A stretch of 64,000 nucleotides of DNA, taken from NCBI GenBank assembly GCA_012026655.1, contig JAAILG010000753.1:1-64000 (forward strand), in the 5' to 3' direction. Origin of the DNA: Hydrolagus affinis (lineage: Eukaryota). This document shows positions 12,491 to 25,420 of the stretch, one piece after another (within the stretch, counting starts at the first letter, position 1; each line of letters opens with the position of its first letter). The notes under the pieces are model-generated. The model worked only from the letters and a program-made list of their open reading frames with translations, searched no databases and was not told where the DNA came from. The translations under genes and the position numbers were made by a program.

Positions 12491-14109
12491 TTTATGAAAG
12501 AATTATACTGATGAATGCAGATTAAAATATTATTGGTACCAGTTAGTAACTTTGACTCCTTTGGAAAGGGTGAGCGAACAATCCATACAAAAACACTTAT
12601 TGCTCACCTCAGGTACAAGAACAAATTACAGTGAAGGACTAATTATAGCCCTGAACCAAATCCTAAGCAGACCTCATCAAAAGCCATAAATCATGGTATC
12701 ACATTAGGCAAATCAATGTCTAGTTTTGCCAAGAGCAGTCTCCTTTTCCATTTGTTATATTTGGGGAACAGCTTGTGTAGCTGAGAAAAAGGACAAATTC
12801 ACTAATGCAAGCAAATGTGATTTTAATCATCTGAAATGTACCTTTGTATGCTGACTGAACAGATACACAGATACTCACTGCAGCATTGAAACTGCAGTAA
12901 ATTACACCAAAGCACTTTCTCTTTCATGGCAGAGATATTTTGGAATGAGAAATATTCAAAATTTATTTTGTATTAACGATAAGAACCTTATCTTTTTCAC
13001 TTGGATCGAGTGTGCATTTAAAGCAGTCCTCGTGGATTATTCTTTGTTCTCAGAAGGGTGTACCCTAGTTAAGAAACAGTAAGTAACTCTGCGGTTAAAA
13101 TATCAAAACACACAAACTTGTGTTTTAGGGGTTAAGGTTTAACACAACACAATATGTTTTCAGAATTTGAATCCAATTTTTTATATCATGAATTTTAACT
13201 CAGAAACATGAAGCCTCATTGAATTCAATATGAATTCCACATAAATTTGATGTGCAACATCCATTCTGTTATAATATTAGAATGATAGGACTGTGTTACA
13301 AGTTCAGATCTCACATATGAAGTAGACGTTTCATTTTGAAACACATTTGGTACAGTTTGTTTTGCAGTGGACTTCAAATATCACAACAACATATCTCAGG
13401 AGCATGTACATTTCAAGCATGTACAAGTTTCAACAATGTTTAATAGTTAAGTAGTTAAATGAGATCAAGTAGGCAGAAGGGCCTTCTTCATTTATATCTT
13501 TTTGATGGTGTTTTTTATTCACCGTAGCTGACTCTCTCTTTCTGTCTGTTATTTGAAGAACTAGATGCCTCTTCAGTGCCTTGCAGGCCAACACCAGTAA
13601 ACCTTTACAAAGTGAATTGGTGTTCAATCTTAGCAGCCGGCTGGTAATGTGCATCAAAGGTAGCACTATCAATGAATTAGCAATCTAAAAGGTGTCATGG
13701 TGACCGCAAAATATTTTTCATTGAATTCTGATTAGCACAAACAATGGTGTGCGGTCCCACACATATTTCATTATCCCAATAAGCAGCTGTGGCCAAGACT
13801 GCATTGAAACAATCTTGGTCTTGAAATGTTAAAAGAGAAATGTTTGTTGACCTCAATTTAAAGCAATCACTTTTATTTATTTGCAGCTCACATTCCACCC
13901 TATTAGTTACCTCAGCATTCCACGCTCGTACCGTAGATTCAAGCCAATGTTCATTTTGTTTCATAGGAATCCGAAGATACACACTCCCTCCCCAGTCCGT
14001 AGCATCAGCAAATGGATGAAAGATATATCAAAAGAATAATACGCCTGCGAATTAATTTCAAATTCTTTGTTAAAGTGGCACAGTGGTACAGTGCAAATTA
14101 GTACCTGAT

Positions 14110-14200
14110 TCCTGATCTCATTAGCATCGTCAGGGGAAAGTGATGAGTGCAAGCCAAGATCATCTGCATACAGGGAGCCAGTTTGAGGATAACACAGAGT
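14110..14200 (-). mobile_element. Degraded LINE (L2-like) reverse transcriptase fragment
   Basis: The minus frame reads SLYADDLGLHSSLSPDD, with the catalytic YADD at 14170-14159. It resembles L2 YADDTQLYxSxxP. Confidence 0.45.
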
Positions 14201-17182
14201 CCCTACACTTGGCATTTGTACATCTCCTAAATGCTGCCTTGAGAGTGCTGATGGCTAAGACCTGGGGTTTGGCTACTTGCCCGTATTCTTGATTGGAAAA
14301 TGTTATATGGCCCGGGGGAGGGCAGGGGAGCTGAGATTGGGGGAATCTAAACGAAAAAACCACATTGAAAATGAATGACTAGAAGGGACAGGGAATCGAC
14401 TTGATTTTTTTTCTGAAAATGTTTCAGTCTTAATTTCTGATAAGAGATTTTGGAATGAATTTTTAGCACGAGAGAGAGAGAAAAAAATCTTGGGTATGTC
14501 GTACAACTTTCAAGATAATAATAAAATAATCCTGAATTCCAAATGGATATAGGAGAGAATCTGTGTTTATTGAAGCGAGAATTGTTTTCAGCCACTGGCG
14601 TCTCTTAATCAAGTGCAATCGAAACTCTCCAAAATTATGGTGAGGTTTCAAAGAGGAAACATTAAGCGGCAGAAAGCGACACATCTCAGAAGCATTGCAC
14701 AGATCTACTCGTAGCTACCGCCAGCTCTTTTTTTAATTGATGTCTGCCGTAGTGGATGTGTGAAGCCCACCCAACGTTCATTACCCAGTAAGTCGCAATC
14801 CCAATTCAACTCTGTTCAGCGCTGCAGGCAAAAGCCCAGCAGAGAGAGAGAGGAAGGAAAAACTAATGTGATGTATCCAGAGGGAGGGAGATGTCAGTTC
14901 TGTCTATGAAAGGATTATTACTTTGCTACGAGAGCATTATATATGGATTTTGAAAACATATTAGCTGGAGATTAATCAGTACATTTTTTTTTACAGTTCA
15001 TCGCCACCCTTTGCTGTTTCTCAGATAGAGAAGAATTTCCATGCTGCCTGTGCCACATGCTCTTGAAAAAATAATAACATGGGCTAATGCACTGATGCAA
15101 CTTGATGCTTAAAATTCATACGAAAATTAAAAGGTTTAAATTGTTGGCCTCAGTGATTTGAGTGGAAAGCCAATTATGAACTTGAATTTGTTTCATAATT
15201 GAATAGTGATTTAAAAGGCTGTGAAATTAATACTTTAGGGCATACAGTTCCGTTTTGGTACCGATTCGTGTGAAGTATCAAGGTTAAGGTTGTTTGGTTT
15301 TTCAATAAATATTATGCATACACCCTGTAATAATTTTGCAAAAGTCACTCTGACTGCTGGCTTCCAACCTGATTTACATCCTGCGAATATACCTGTGAGC
15401 AAAGTTGATTGGCCAGTGCTGAGTTTGCTGATATTAGATGCGATAATAATCAGAATCCTTGCGCCTTAATCATGTCGTCAAGACGTCTCAAAGCACTTCC
15501 CTGGATTTAATGGGAAGTGGTTTCGATTGTGTGTTTCATGGGTGAGAATTGGTGCACCAATTGACCTCCCCGATCCTGAGCTAAGTAAGAGAAATGGCAG
15601 CCAAGGTGTCCTGAATGAGAACAAGACTGGGTCTGAGTACAATTCCCTCTCTGTGGAATTATATCCAAGCACATTGACGTCAGGAAAGCTGAAGGAGAAA
15701 AGTTAGATAAAGGATAGGGAAAATAGATTGATCCAAACTATGTCTATCATTATTAATTGGAAAATGTCAAACCCTTCAATCATTTAATGGCATTGAATTT
15801 ATTGTTCCTGTTTTACACGAACATATATGACCTGTGCTGAGACAACCAAAAAGTGAATTGAAGTTCTGTTCCATTCTTCTGTTATTTCAAAGTCCCTTAC
15901 TACAACCTACGTGTCCTTATGCTGTAGCAAGATCAATAACTTTCCTGAAATTATAATTAAACTCTTCCAGGCTGGCTTTCTCTCAGGGATTTGACCGATG
16001 GACACTAGTTCCCAAAGGGTTCAGCACTCTTAAGAATGGTGTTTGAATTTGAAAATGGTGTGAGTGATTGCTGTACAGATGGCTGCAATGCAGTCTCAAG
16101 CCTCATGCTTTTAATATGCTCTCTGTGTTCCCCTACTCCATCACAGAGGGTACTGGAGAGTGGGAACTAGTCATATTTCTTTAAAAATGCACATCATAAT
16201 TTATTTGTCCGTGTGGGACAATTGCATTTTGCAGCAAAGGCAAGAATAAACGGCTACTGCGTTCCAGCAGGTTTAGCTATTGCTCTGTTAGAAACAACTT
16301 GTTAGCAACCATTGTATTTTATTTGGCAATGCACAATACATCTAAGAGCCATTACTTTTTGACTAGATCTGCTATCATTGCAACTCTGAGATTGTTTGGA
16401 GAGGCAATTCTCATGAAAGATGCTTCATTTGCCATGTTTGTTTTGAAATCATATTTTTTTTTGGCTGGATGGGAAGCTCAAAACGATGATGATTGCATAT
16501 CCCAATAGTAAATCACAGTTGGGACAGGTTATTTTTTTTTAATGGATGCTTCTTACTTGATGTTCGCACAAACCAAATCCAGAGATTGTTATCAGTCATT
16601 GTGTTCAGTAAAAGATTTTGAGAGGAACATTTTCACCATCTTCAATCGCATTTTATTATGATCACGCCACTTCAATCTGTAAGTTTATGTTTTACAAATG
16701 TGGGTTACTTCCATATCTCCCTTTTTTTAATGAATATCTTATTCCTCGATTAAGTTTACACACGAACAGCAAGGTGTAACCATCGGTGATATCTTAAACA
16801 TTGTCAATAATGCAAAATGTTATTTAAGTGCAAATTGGTGGTAGTGGTGATGTTGCGTAAACTTACAATGTTCCCAATGATTTGTCCAATAAATTTGGCT
16901 GAATAAATCTGGGAAAGACTGGCTCAACAGAACATATTTCTCTTCCCGCTGCAAATTTATGTACTGTACGTTTACAGTAAAAGTCAGCGATTGTATATCA
17001 GAACATCAATCCTTTGCTAATAAAGAAACTCTGTACTCTTAGTGAAATAAGGCAATGAAGTTTCTGTCACAAAATGATCGTTAACAGTTAACTGCCGATT
17101 GACATAAGTGGACCCAAACTGTTGTATGTGTGCATGTGTCTGGGACAGAATTACTGACGGCTTTTGTTCCTTCTATTGCTAG

Positions 17183-17355
17183 GTTCTTCTGTAATGTCAG
17201 TAACTGCCAACGATGCCGATGACCCGACTACAGCCAATGGTATGGTGAGATACCGGATCCTGTCACAGACTCCAATAAGCCCATCACCAAACATGTTCAC
17301 GATCAACAGTGAGAGTGGGGATATTGTTACTGTAGCCGCTGGCCTTGACAGAGAG
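17183..17355 (+). CDS. cdh4: cdh4 coding exon (exon 7 equivalent), EC2
   Basis: tgctag|GT...GAG|gtaagc; [58 protein letters not shown]. Confidence 0.96.
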
Positions 17356-20300
17356 GTAAGCTCTGGGGGAATTCATTCTCCCTTTAAGACGCAGCAGGAA
17401 AGTTGATAACTCAGTCTTTCTGAGATTGAAGACCAGGATTTGATTATAGACGTACAGTATAGATTCTTTTATTATCAAAGACACAGGGATATTGTTCTGA
17501 TTCGACATATTTGCCTCTCTGCTTCCCTGGCTTCAACCTGAGTGAACGGTTTTTATTTATCTTTCGGTTTGTTCCATTGGCAAATCGAAAACCTGAATTC
17601 AATTGAGTTCTGCCAATCTCTGATCTCTCAGTCATAAGTCCCCGAGATAAAACCGTTCAATATTTAATGTGAAGTCATATCACGGACCTTCTTAAAAATT
17701 CTGAATACAACATTTCGTGAAGAATCAGCAAATCAGTGGGATGGATTCAGGAGATCCAACAGTGATATCAGAACATGATTCGAATAATTTCGCGTTATCT
17801 CACAGCTTGATAGTTGATTCCTCTATCAATGTGAATTCTTTTTCAAATTCAGTACTTCTAAAGGAAATTGAAATTTTTTTCAAGACCAGTTCTTTTTGCA
17901 AAACCAATTCTATATTTAAAACTTATTTCATTCTTTTGTCGTTTGGGGGGGTTTACATTCCTACAAGAAAACTGACATTTGATTAACTTTATTTGTGTGA
18001 TATTAGTGTCACACTGTGTCAGGTGCGACAATAAAACTAAACAACTTGCCAGCTCAGGGAGACTGTTTAGATTTAATTAACGTTACCCATTGCGAAAAGA
18101 AAGATTTGCACGGTACAAATGCTTTGTTTTTCGCTTCTAAATTGATGAATTGTTTCTGTCTCTCTCAATTGCAATGGTAAAATCACTGAATCATAAGAGA
18201 CGCGACTTCTCAGGTAACTCAGTCAGATGAGGATCCAATTTAGGACGAGAAGGTTCTGGAGTGGGTTTGTCCACCTCGAACTTTCCCGATTGCTTAAAAT
18301 GAATGCAATTACAATCAATTTTCTGCGGGGTAGTGAGGTAAGCGGTATGTCCCGAGGTTTGAAGAAGCTTCTCGGAGACACAGTTGGTGAAGTCAAGTAC
18401 AATCCAAGGCATTATTGGTCAACCAGTCTTAATTGCATGCACTCTGTCAAATCAAATGCTATGAAATATGCTTTATACTAGGATTCTGAGCAGTTATCAG
18501 TTACTGGATGTCAACATATTTCACACAGCAAGCATGTTTTTAGACACTTTTTATTGAGATGTAAAAGAGCACTGAAAATAGTACTAATTGATATGAAAAT
18601 ATTCCATCCCTTTGCAATATATTGAATGAATGTGAAATTGAGTGATCAGTTCCTGAGTCGTTTCAGCCAGTAAATCTATGAAGTTATCATTGCAGCAACT
18701 TAGTTTAGGAATTAGGACTTCAAATCATCCAGACTAATTTGTCAGATAAAATCCAGCTCCCATCATTTCAATTAAAAGAAGCGGTTACCAAATACAGTAC
18801 AGGCACTTGGATTATGAGCGAGGTTTTCAGTGCAAGTTATAAATTGTTATAATGAAAAAAAATTCAAATATAGTTTATCCTAAATTTATGAATAGATCGG
18901 TCTCAATAGATCTCTTTTACCTCCTCTTTCCTGCCTTGAAACCGTGCCTTTTTTAACCAACGTTATCAGCCTCTTCTGATGCGAGAGGAGCTATGCAAAT
19001 GTAATTTGCTTTTGTCTTAAGATCTATATTTTGGGACACATTTTTGCCCAGCTTCCTTGCCTTCCCCCAGCTCAGGCTTCCAGTCAACAGTCAAAGTGCT
19101 TTAAGACATCATCCTGACATAGACAGGGTCATATAAATTGTTGTTAAATGCAACAATGAACCCCAAGGTGTGCTGATATCAGTGCACAACTGTGCTAAAC
19201 TTTCGCAGGAAGGATAGTTGAAGCACTGGAAGTAACAGTCCACAGGGGGAAGACTGCATGAATCACTTTGACATCGTGACCAAGGTTCTGATTAAGGTGC
19301 AAGAGAATCAAGTTACACACAAAAGGGCAGTTGCAAACCACTGTGTAGGTTTCCGCGGCGCCTTCAGTCCAGGGCAGGAGGAAACTTTTATGCTTTTATA
19401 GCAGTGCTGGAATCCCCTGTGTTCTCACAGTGGTGAATTGCAAATCACCTCAAAGAAAGGGCACTGAGCCACAATTCTATAGCCCACATCAATCACAAAG
19501 CTATGCACGTGGCTTCAAATACCAAACATGAAATCCTACAGCTGACCGCAAATTTCCCCAGCTTGTCTTACACGGGGGAAAGAAAAATCTCCACCTGGGT
19601 TTAGGATTCCTTCTCTTACCTTGGCATTTCACGGTGACCAAAACTCAGCAATTTTTTTTGAATTGATCCTCAACTTTGAAGCTGGCTCTTTTTTTTGATT
19701 TTTTTTAAAAAAAATGTACAGAAAAACAATTTTGAAATTTAGGCTGCTTTTAGGAAGCTGTCAAATTCTAGATAAGAATAAGAATAATCATTGAATGTTT
19801 TTGAGATGTCTCAAAGCGAAAAGTGAATTGCCTATATATTTTGTGGGCTAAACTCGTAAATAGGGTAAATCTAGACCTAGATGGCTGGTTTTTGAGATGG
19901 TTGATCCTGTTGTTTTTTGAACAAGGATAGTAAATAACACGGCCTTGAGAATGGTCGGAAACTTAGACTCGTACACTCCACTCGAGAGCTCAAGACACAT
20001 GAGGGAGAGAGACGCTCAAGTCTCTGACCTTGCCAGCATATGCTTCTAATGAGGACAAGCCAACAATGGCTGTGATCTCAAAAATGTTGCCCAATGAACA
20101 CTGCATTTTTAACCCTGCTGTTCATTTCACAAGATGTTTATGTGCCATAAATTCTATCTGTTCTGTTTACTGTCTTTTCCCATGAGATCCTCTTTCTCCC
20201 TCTCCACTTGTGCACAGATGGATGTGTTTACGATCCATATTTTCTACCATTGGCAACCCTACTAAAGCATCCATACATCCAGCTCCTCCTTGCGAGAACG

Positions 20301-23300
20301 AGATCTGGAGGCTGTGCCAGTAACTGTTGCCGTCGATAAGTGCACTCGACTACCCCACTTCAAAGATGCCTTTACGTAGTACAGACTTCAAATCAGGCTG
20401 CCTCATAATGTAAGCAACACCCTCCCCCCTCACCCCCCCAAAAAAAAAACGCTCAGCAGCACTTAAGAAACTACAAACTGAAGCAAAGCAATCTGTCACT
20501 TTGTGTTGGCTCCCTCAACTGAATCAAATTTGTTGTGGAATTTGTCCAACCCACTCGTATTTCCTCGGAGTCTCTTCTAGAATGATGGGAGATGAATTTG
20601 AGAATAGTCAATCTCATAAGAAATATCCCGGCAATCGTAATGCTTGTATGCTTAATTTTCCCTTGGATACTTCCTGGAAAAAGTTTACATACCAGGATAA
20701 TCGACAGCCAAAACAGGGAACCAGGGGAGGGCGAAAGACGTTGAGATCCTTTAAGAATCCATTTGGTGCTGTAATGGAAGACCAGGTGGGTGCGAGGCAA
20801 GGTTGAAACCAAAGGCCTTCTTTGTCTGCACCACTCTTGCGAGCTGATGAAAATATTGGCCTTGAATAAATACTACCACAATATTAATGCAACTGGTGGT
20901 TTTGGGGTGGGGTTGGGTGGGCAGGAAATTAGCCGCTTGCTAAATGCAGAAAAGCAACATTATCGCACCTAGGATAAAGCAGGAAAATGCAACACAAAAA
21001 ACCACCCCCACAAGGTTACAGAAACAATTTGGATACAACAATCGCACAACGTGAAAGCTTCCTTTCAATAACTCGGGGTCGTAAACTTTTTTTCCTTTAA
21101 TATCCTTGAACTGTAATAGAATTGAATCTTGGCCTCCCACTGATACGTACAGGAATAAAATAAGCTTGTACATCCAATGGATTGTAATCAGAGGCTCCAT
21201 TGTCATTTCGCTTTATCTCCTGACTTTAAAAGACCTAACGGATCCCTTTCATCTTAAATGTATTCAATGAAAGATACATTCCCTCAGTGCGATCCACAGC
21301 CTTGTGCTTTTTTTTTGTTTAATAAATTCTCCAAATCAGCACTCCAGCGAATTTGTTAGGGCTCAGAAAAGAGTTGCCGCATTAATTTATTGCTCATCAA
21401 GTCAGGTAGTTAAAAAAAAAGAGCGGATGGAGATGCTTTTCCTTCCACTTGCTGCTGCTGCGTGTCTGCAAAGTACTGAGCTCAGCAGAACTGGATACCT
21501 TTCGAACTATTTTCCCAGCTGCTTGAGATTTTTGCCCTCGGGAGCCGCGCTCCAGGTCGGCATTGATTAAGAGAGGCGTATCTGCTTCGAAGGGTGAGAC
21601 ATTGAGCCACAGTTGTTAGTCGACTCGGAGAAAGGCAACAAAACCAAAGGAGGAGAGGCGAGGCTCATTGAAATGATGGCACTCCATTTTCTATTCCCGT
21701 GTTACCCCCATCACCTTTGGAACTCTCTCGTAGCAGTTATGAATTTTAATCTGCAGGTTGATAACTTAAGATGTTTATTAATGCTGCTCACAGCATTATG
21801 ATGCATCGTGATGAAAATGATCCCGCATCCAAGATGCTCACCGTACTCAAGCGATCTGGTGCTAAGTTCCCCTTTTAAAGAGTGGGTCTTGGCTGAACTG
21901 GGTTCCGAGCTTTTAGATGGGGTTTGACATTCGCCGCCTGCCGCTTGTACGTGTTGATATCCGAACAAAAGCGTTTGATGCTTTTCCTAGTCGTTGGGAT
22001 CTGGAGGTTTCGGAAATTGCAGCTGCAAGACTCACTGTACTGCATTCAAATGTGGAACCATTTTGACAAACGCCTTTGTCACTTTCAACTGCGTTGAGTT
22101 TAATTGCAAGTGAGCGAGTTCAGAGACTGTGCTTGGCAGCAGCTTGGTCCGCATCACGGGATAATTCATAAGTGTATCCCCAGCAGATAAAAAAACATTA
22201 TTTCATCATCTGTAAATGTTTTTCATTGGGAATCCACAGGTAAATCCCCAGTTTAGGGAGTCCTTAGGGATTAGGTGGAACGGAGGATACAGTTTTGAGC
22301 TATTTCAATCTTATTTAGTAGCTTTGACCAGTATATCTGTCTTCTCTTATTATAATCTCTTTACTTTAAATATATGCATGGAACACTTAGCATACTGCAG
22401 CCTGTTTAATTTTTTTTCGGAATAACGATGGTGCTTATGGTTTCCGAAAATGAAATGATGTGGTTAGGAATTTTAATATCAATGAGGCAAATAATACCAG
22501 GAGCTGTTTGTTTTATTTTGAGGACCGCGGTGCTTTGAAGGATTAAAACAAATATGATTGAGGTTGTCTGGCATAGTAAGCCACTGCAGAGATTTTATTG
22601 TTTTAATCATTGCAACGTAAGAGTTGTATAATCAGACTGAGACAGACACTCTTGTAATAACTGCTTATTAAAATGAAGGATGGCGGTGGAGAGAAATGGG
22701 AGCGTTTTGAAACGCTCACTGGGGCGGCACTAATCTTTCACACGGCCTCTGCCTACTGCAGTGTTTTGGTACCTTTATTTATTTGCTTTGCTCTGACATT
22801 GCATTTCAATCCCAGCCTCACGAGAACACCACTGGTGGATCAGCAGGACATTTGCATTGTGCGCTGGGGGTTGCAAAGGGATGTCCTTGTGCATTTTAAT
22901 AGAGCTGGAATCTGCCCAGGCCAGCAAAGATCAGTTTGTGTTTTTTTATCCTGCCTTTTGATGACAGTCTGTGCTATCATCTGATGTGTTTATGTGTGTG
23001 GGATGCACGGACGACACTTTCTGTTCAGGTGTTTAATCCCACGTATAACACTTGTGCAGATGAAGCGCAAGTGAGAAGGTTTCCCTCGTGAGTTTTGCAG
23101 TACAAGTGCGATATAAAATGTCATTTCAAAATGAATGTGGCATCTGCAGTAAATGTGTTGCAAACATCTCCGATATTTTGGCATGACAAACTGGCCAATG
23201 TCACCCACAAACCTTGGCGTCGAGTACTTTTGGATCGGTATTAAAGGGGAAGGGAAGGACTGTGAATGTTAAGTGCTTCCCTCTAGATCAACAAACATTA

Positions 23301-23983
23301 AATACAATTCCATTTACAAGGCCTCTCCATAGAGCCTTGTATTTAGCCCACTGTCTGCTGAAATGAATGAATGAATGGATGGATGAAAGGATGCTCAGGA
23401 AGATTGTCAGCCAGGGGGAAGCCCTTGGAACACATCCACTGGACGTTAAAAGAGGGCAAAGAGCAGCAATGGACTTTATTTGGTAAAATAGTTTCGCAAG
23501 AAGTAGTGTTAGAGCTCAAATGATTGACTGCCTCATGACTCTAATCTGTGACCATCTAGTTAGGTGGCAGTAGTCCTGACCTAGTGTTTCTGGATGCCAG
23601 TTTTTAATGTAAATGTCCCTAAATGTCGAGCCAGTCTAATTGGGGATAGAGTAGTGCGATTTGCATCGCCATATGAATGTAAAATGACGCCCCCAAATAA
23701 GTCATAAGCGCTCGGAGCATCTCCTTGCTCCATTGTTTGAAGATTCCTCGTGGGTAGTCGAATTCATCTGTTTTTGTTTCTTAATTAGAATATTTAGCGA
23801 TTAATTAGCAGGTGAATTAGGCTCTGCAGACTGAGACTAGGTTGAGGAGAGGGATTCATTATGCAAAGGCCTCTATTTTGATTAGATTAGAAGCTTATTT
23901 AAATCACTGCACAGTTTCTACTCCCAACTGTATCCCGATTCAGTTAGAACACTTATTTATTGTACAATGTCCTTGCCTTTCAG

Positions 23984-24121
23984 AAAGTCCCGCGATACAC
24001 GATCATCATTCAGGCCACAGACATGGAGGGAAACCTCAACTACGGTCTTTCAAACACAGCAACCGCAATCATAACTGTGTCAGACATGAATGATAACCCA
24101 CCAGAATTTACTGCCGCGACA
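23984..24121 (+). CDS. cdh4: cdh4 coding exon (exon 8 equivalent), EC2/EC3
   Basis: tttcag|AAA...ACA|gtaagt; [46 protein letters not shown]. Confidence 0.96.
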
Positions 24122-24739
24122 GTAAGTGTCAGCCAATCCTAAAACATTTTATGCATAAGTGGATCATCTCCTCGCGAAACATAAGCGTTTGATACAAGGT
24201 ATAACTCCTGCCATTGGGAAAGTTGGGAACTTCTTGATGTATATGTGTGCCTGCGACGCTGACATTTACTGCTCAGGAGAATGATCAATAGACATGCATG
24301 ATGGTTTATCGTAAAATGCTAACCGTGGATTCCTTGAACTTGCTAATTCGCTTCTCATCATGATGTGAAATAGTTGGGCATTGATAGCTCGCGTAGTGTT
24401 AGAAAGGAAACGTAATGTTTAGGTTTTTAACCTTTTAATTGATGCCCGTTTTTTTTCCCCTCCCTTTTCTCAGCATGCCTGTGGTTCAAACACTTTTAAG
24501 CACATCAGGTCCGACAGATGAGTTTAATCAAATTAAATTAAGCACGTACTCCTCTGTCCTGTTTTAATCAATACATTGTTGGTACCTTGAGATTGTAATT
24601 AGTATCAGATTCCATGCCACCATTACACAGTCAACCATTTGGCTGCTGATATATTTATTAAATTCCTCAAATTAAAACTGCTGTACATACCCAAAAGTTT
24701 CCACAATGTCTTTTACGATATTAATCCTTGATTTTGTCA

Positions 24740-25420
24740 TAATGCTTTATGAAGTTGTTGAATGATTACACGATTTGCGATAAAGTAACTGTGCATTTGT
24801 AAATTGAACACAATAAGACAGTTTGCAATATATCACAAATAGACAAGATTTGAATGACCAACTTTATCTGGAGGATTGTTGGCTAGGATATAAGAAGAAA
24901 CTACCCTTTTTTTATCAAATATTCCAACAGGATGTTTAACATCCACATGAAAAGGCTCAATTTAACATCTCATCTGAAGGACGGGCATCTCTGCCAATGT
25001 AGTGCTTCTATAGCACCACATTTCAAGTGTCAGCCGAGGCTGATAAATACCAGCACAAAGTGGAGTCCTGTAGCTCAGTGGTTAGAGCACTCGCCTTACA
25101 AGCAAGAGACCAGGGTTCAATTCCAGGCAGGGATAAATCTCGGGCAAGTTTCCTTACTCCACACGCCTGATAATAATTCCTCAAAAAATAATAATAAATT
25201 GGTCATTTCAATCCATGACTGTTTGTGGGACACTTCAGTGCGCAATTGGCTGCTGTGTTTCACCCACAAAATATACAGCCAATTCACGTAACATATTTGA
25301 GATGTGAAAAGCACTAAATGAAATGCAAGGATTATTATTAGCAGTAGTAAAGTACTGTACTAATATGGAGTTTCAACCCACAATTGTTTTGACTCACCCA
25401 GTGCTACCAACTGAGCCAGG
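24740..25420 (-). mobile_element. Ancient DeuSINE-like element split by a younger SINE
   Basis: ggatgtttaacatccac...tttaacatctcatctgaaggacgg...agtgtcagcc up to ~25060. The head (ttcaacccac...tgactca...gtgctaccaactgagcc) resumes at ~25365. Homologous to 55205-55410. Confidence 0.65.
25061..25340 (+). mobile_element. Full-length tRNA-derived SINE
   Basis: tggagtcctgtagctcagtggttagagc...gggttcaattcc...gcaaggattattatta. Confidence 0.92.
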
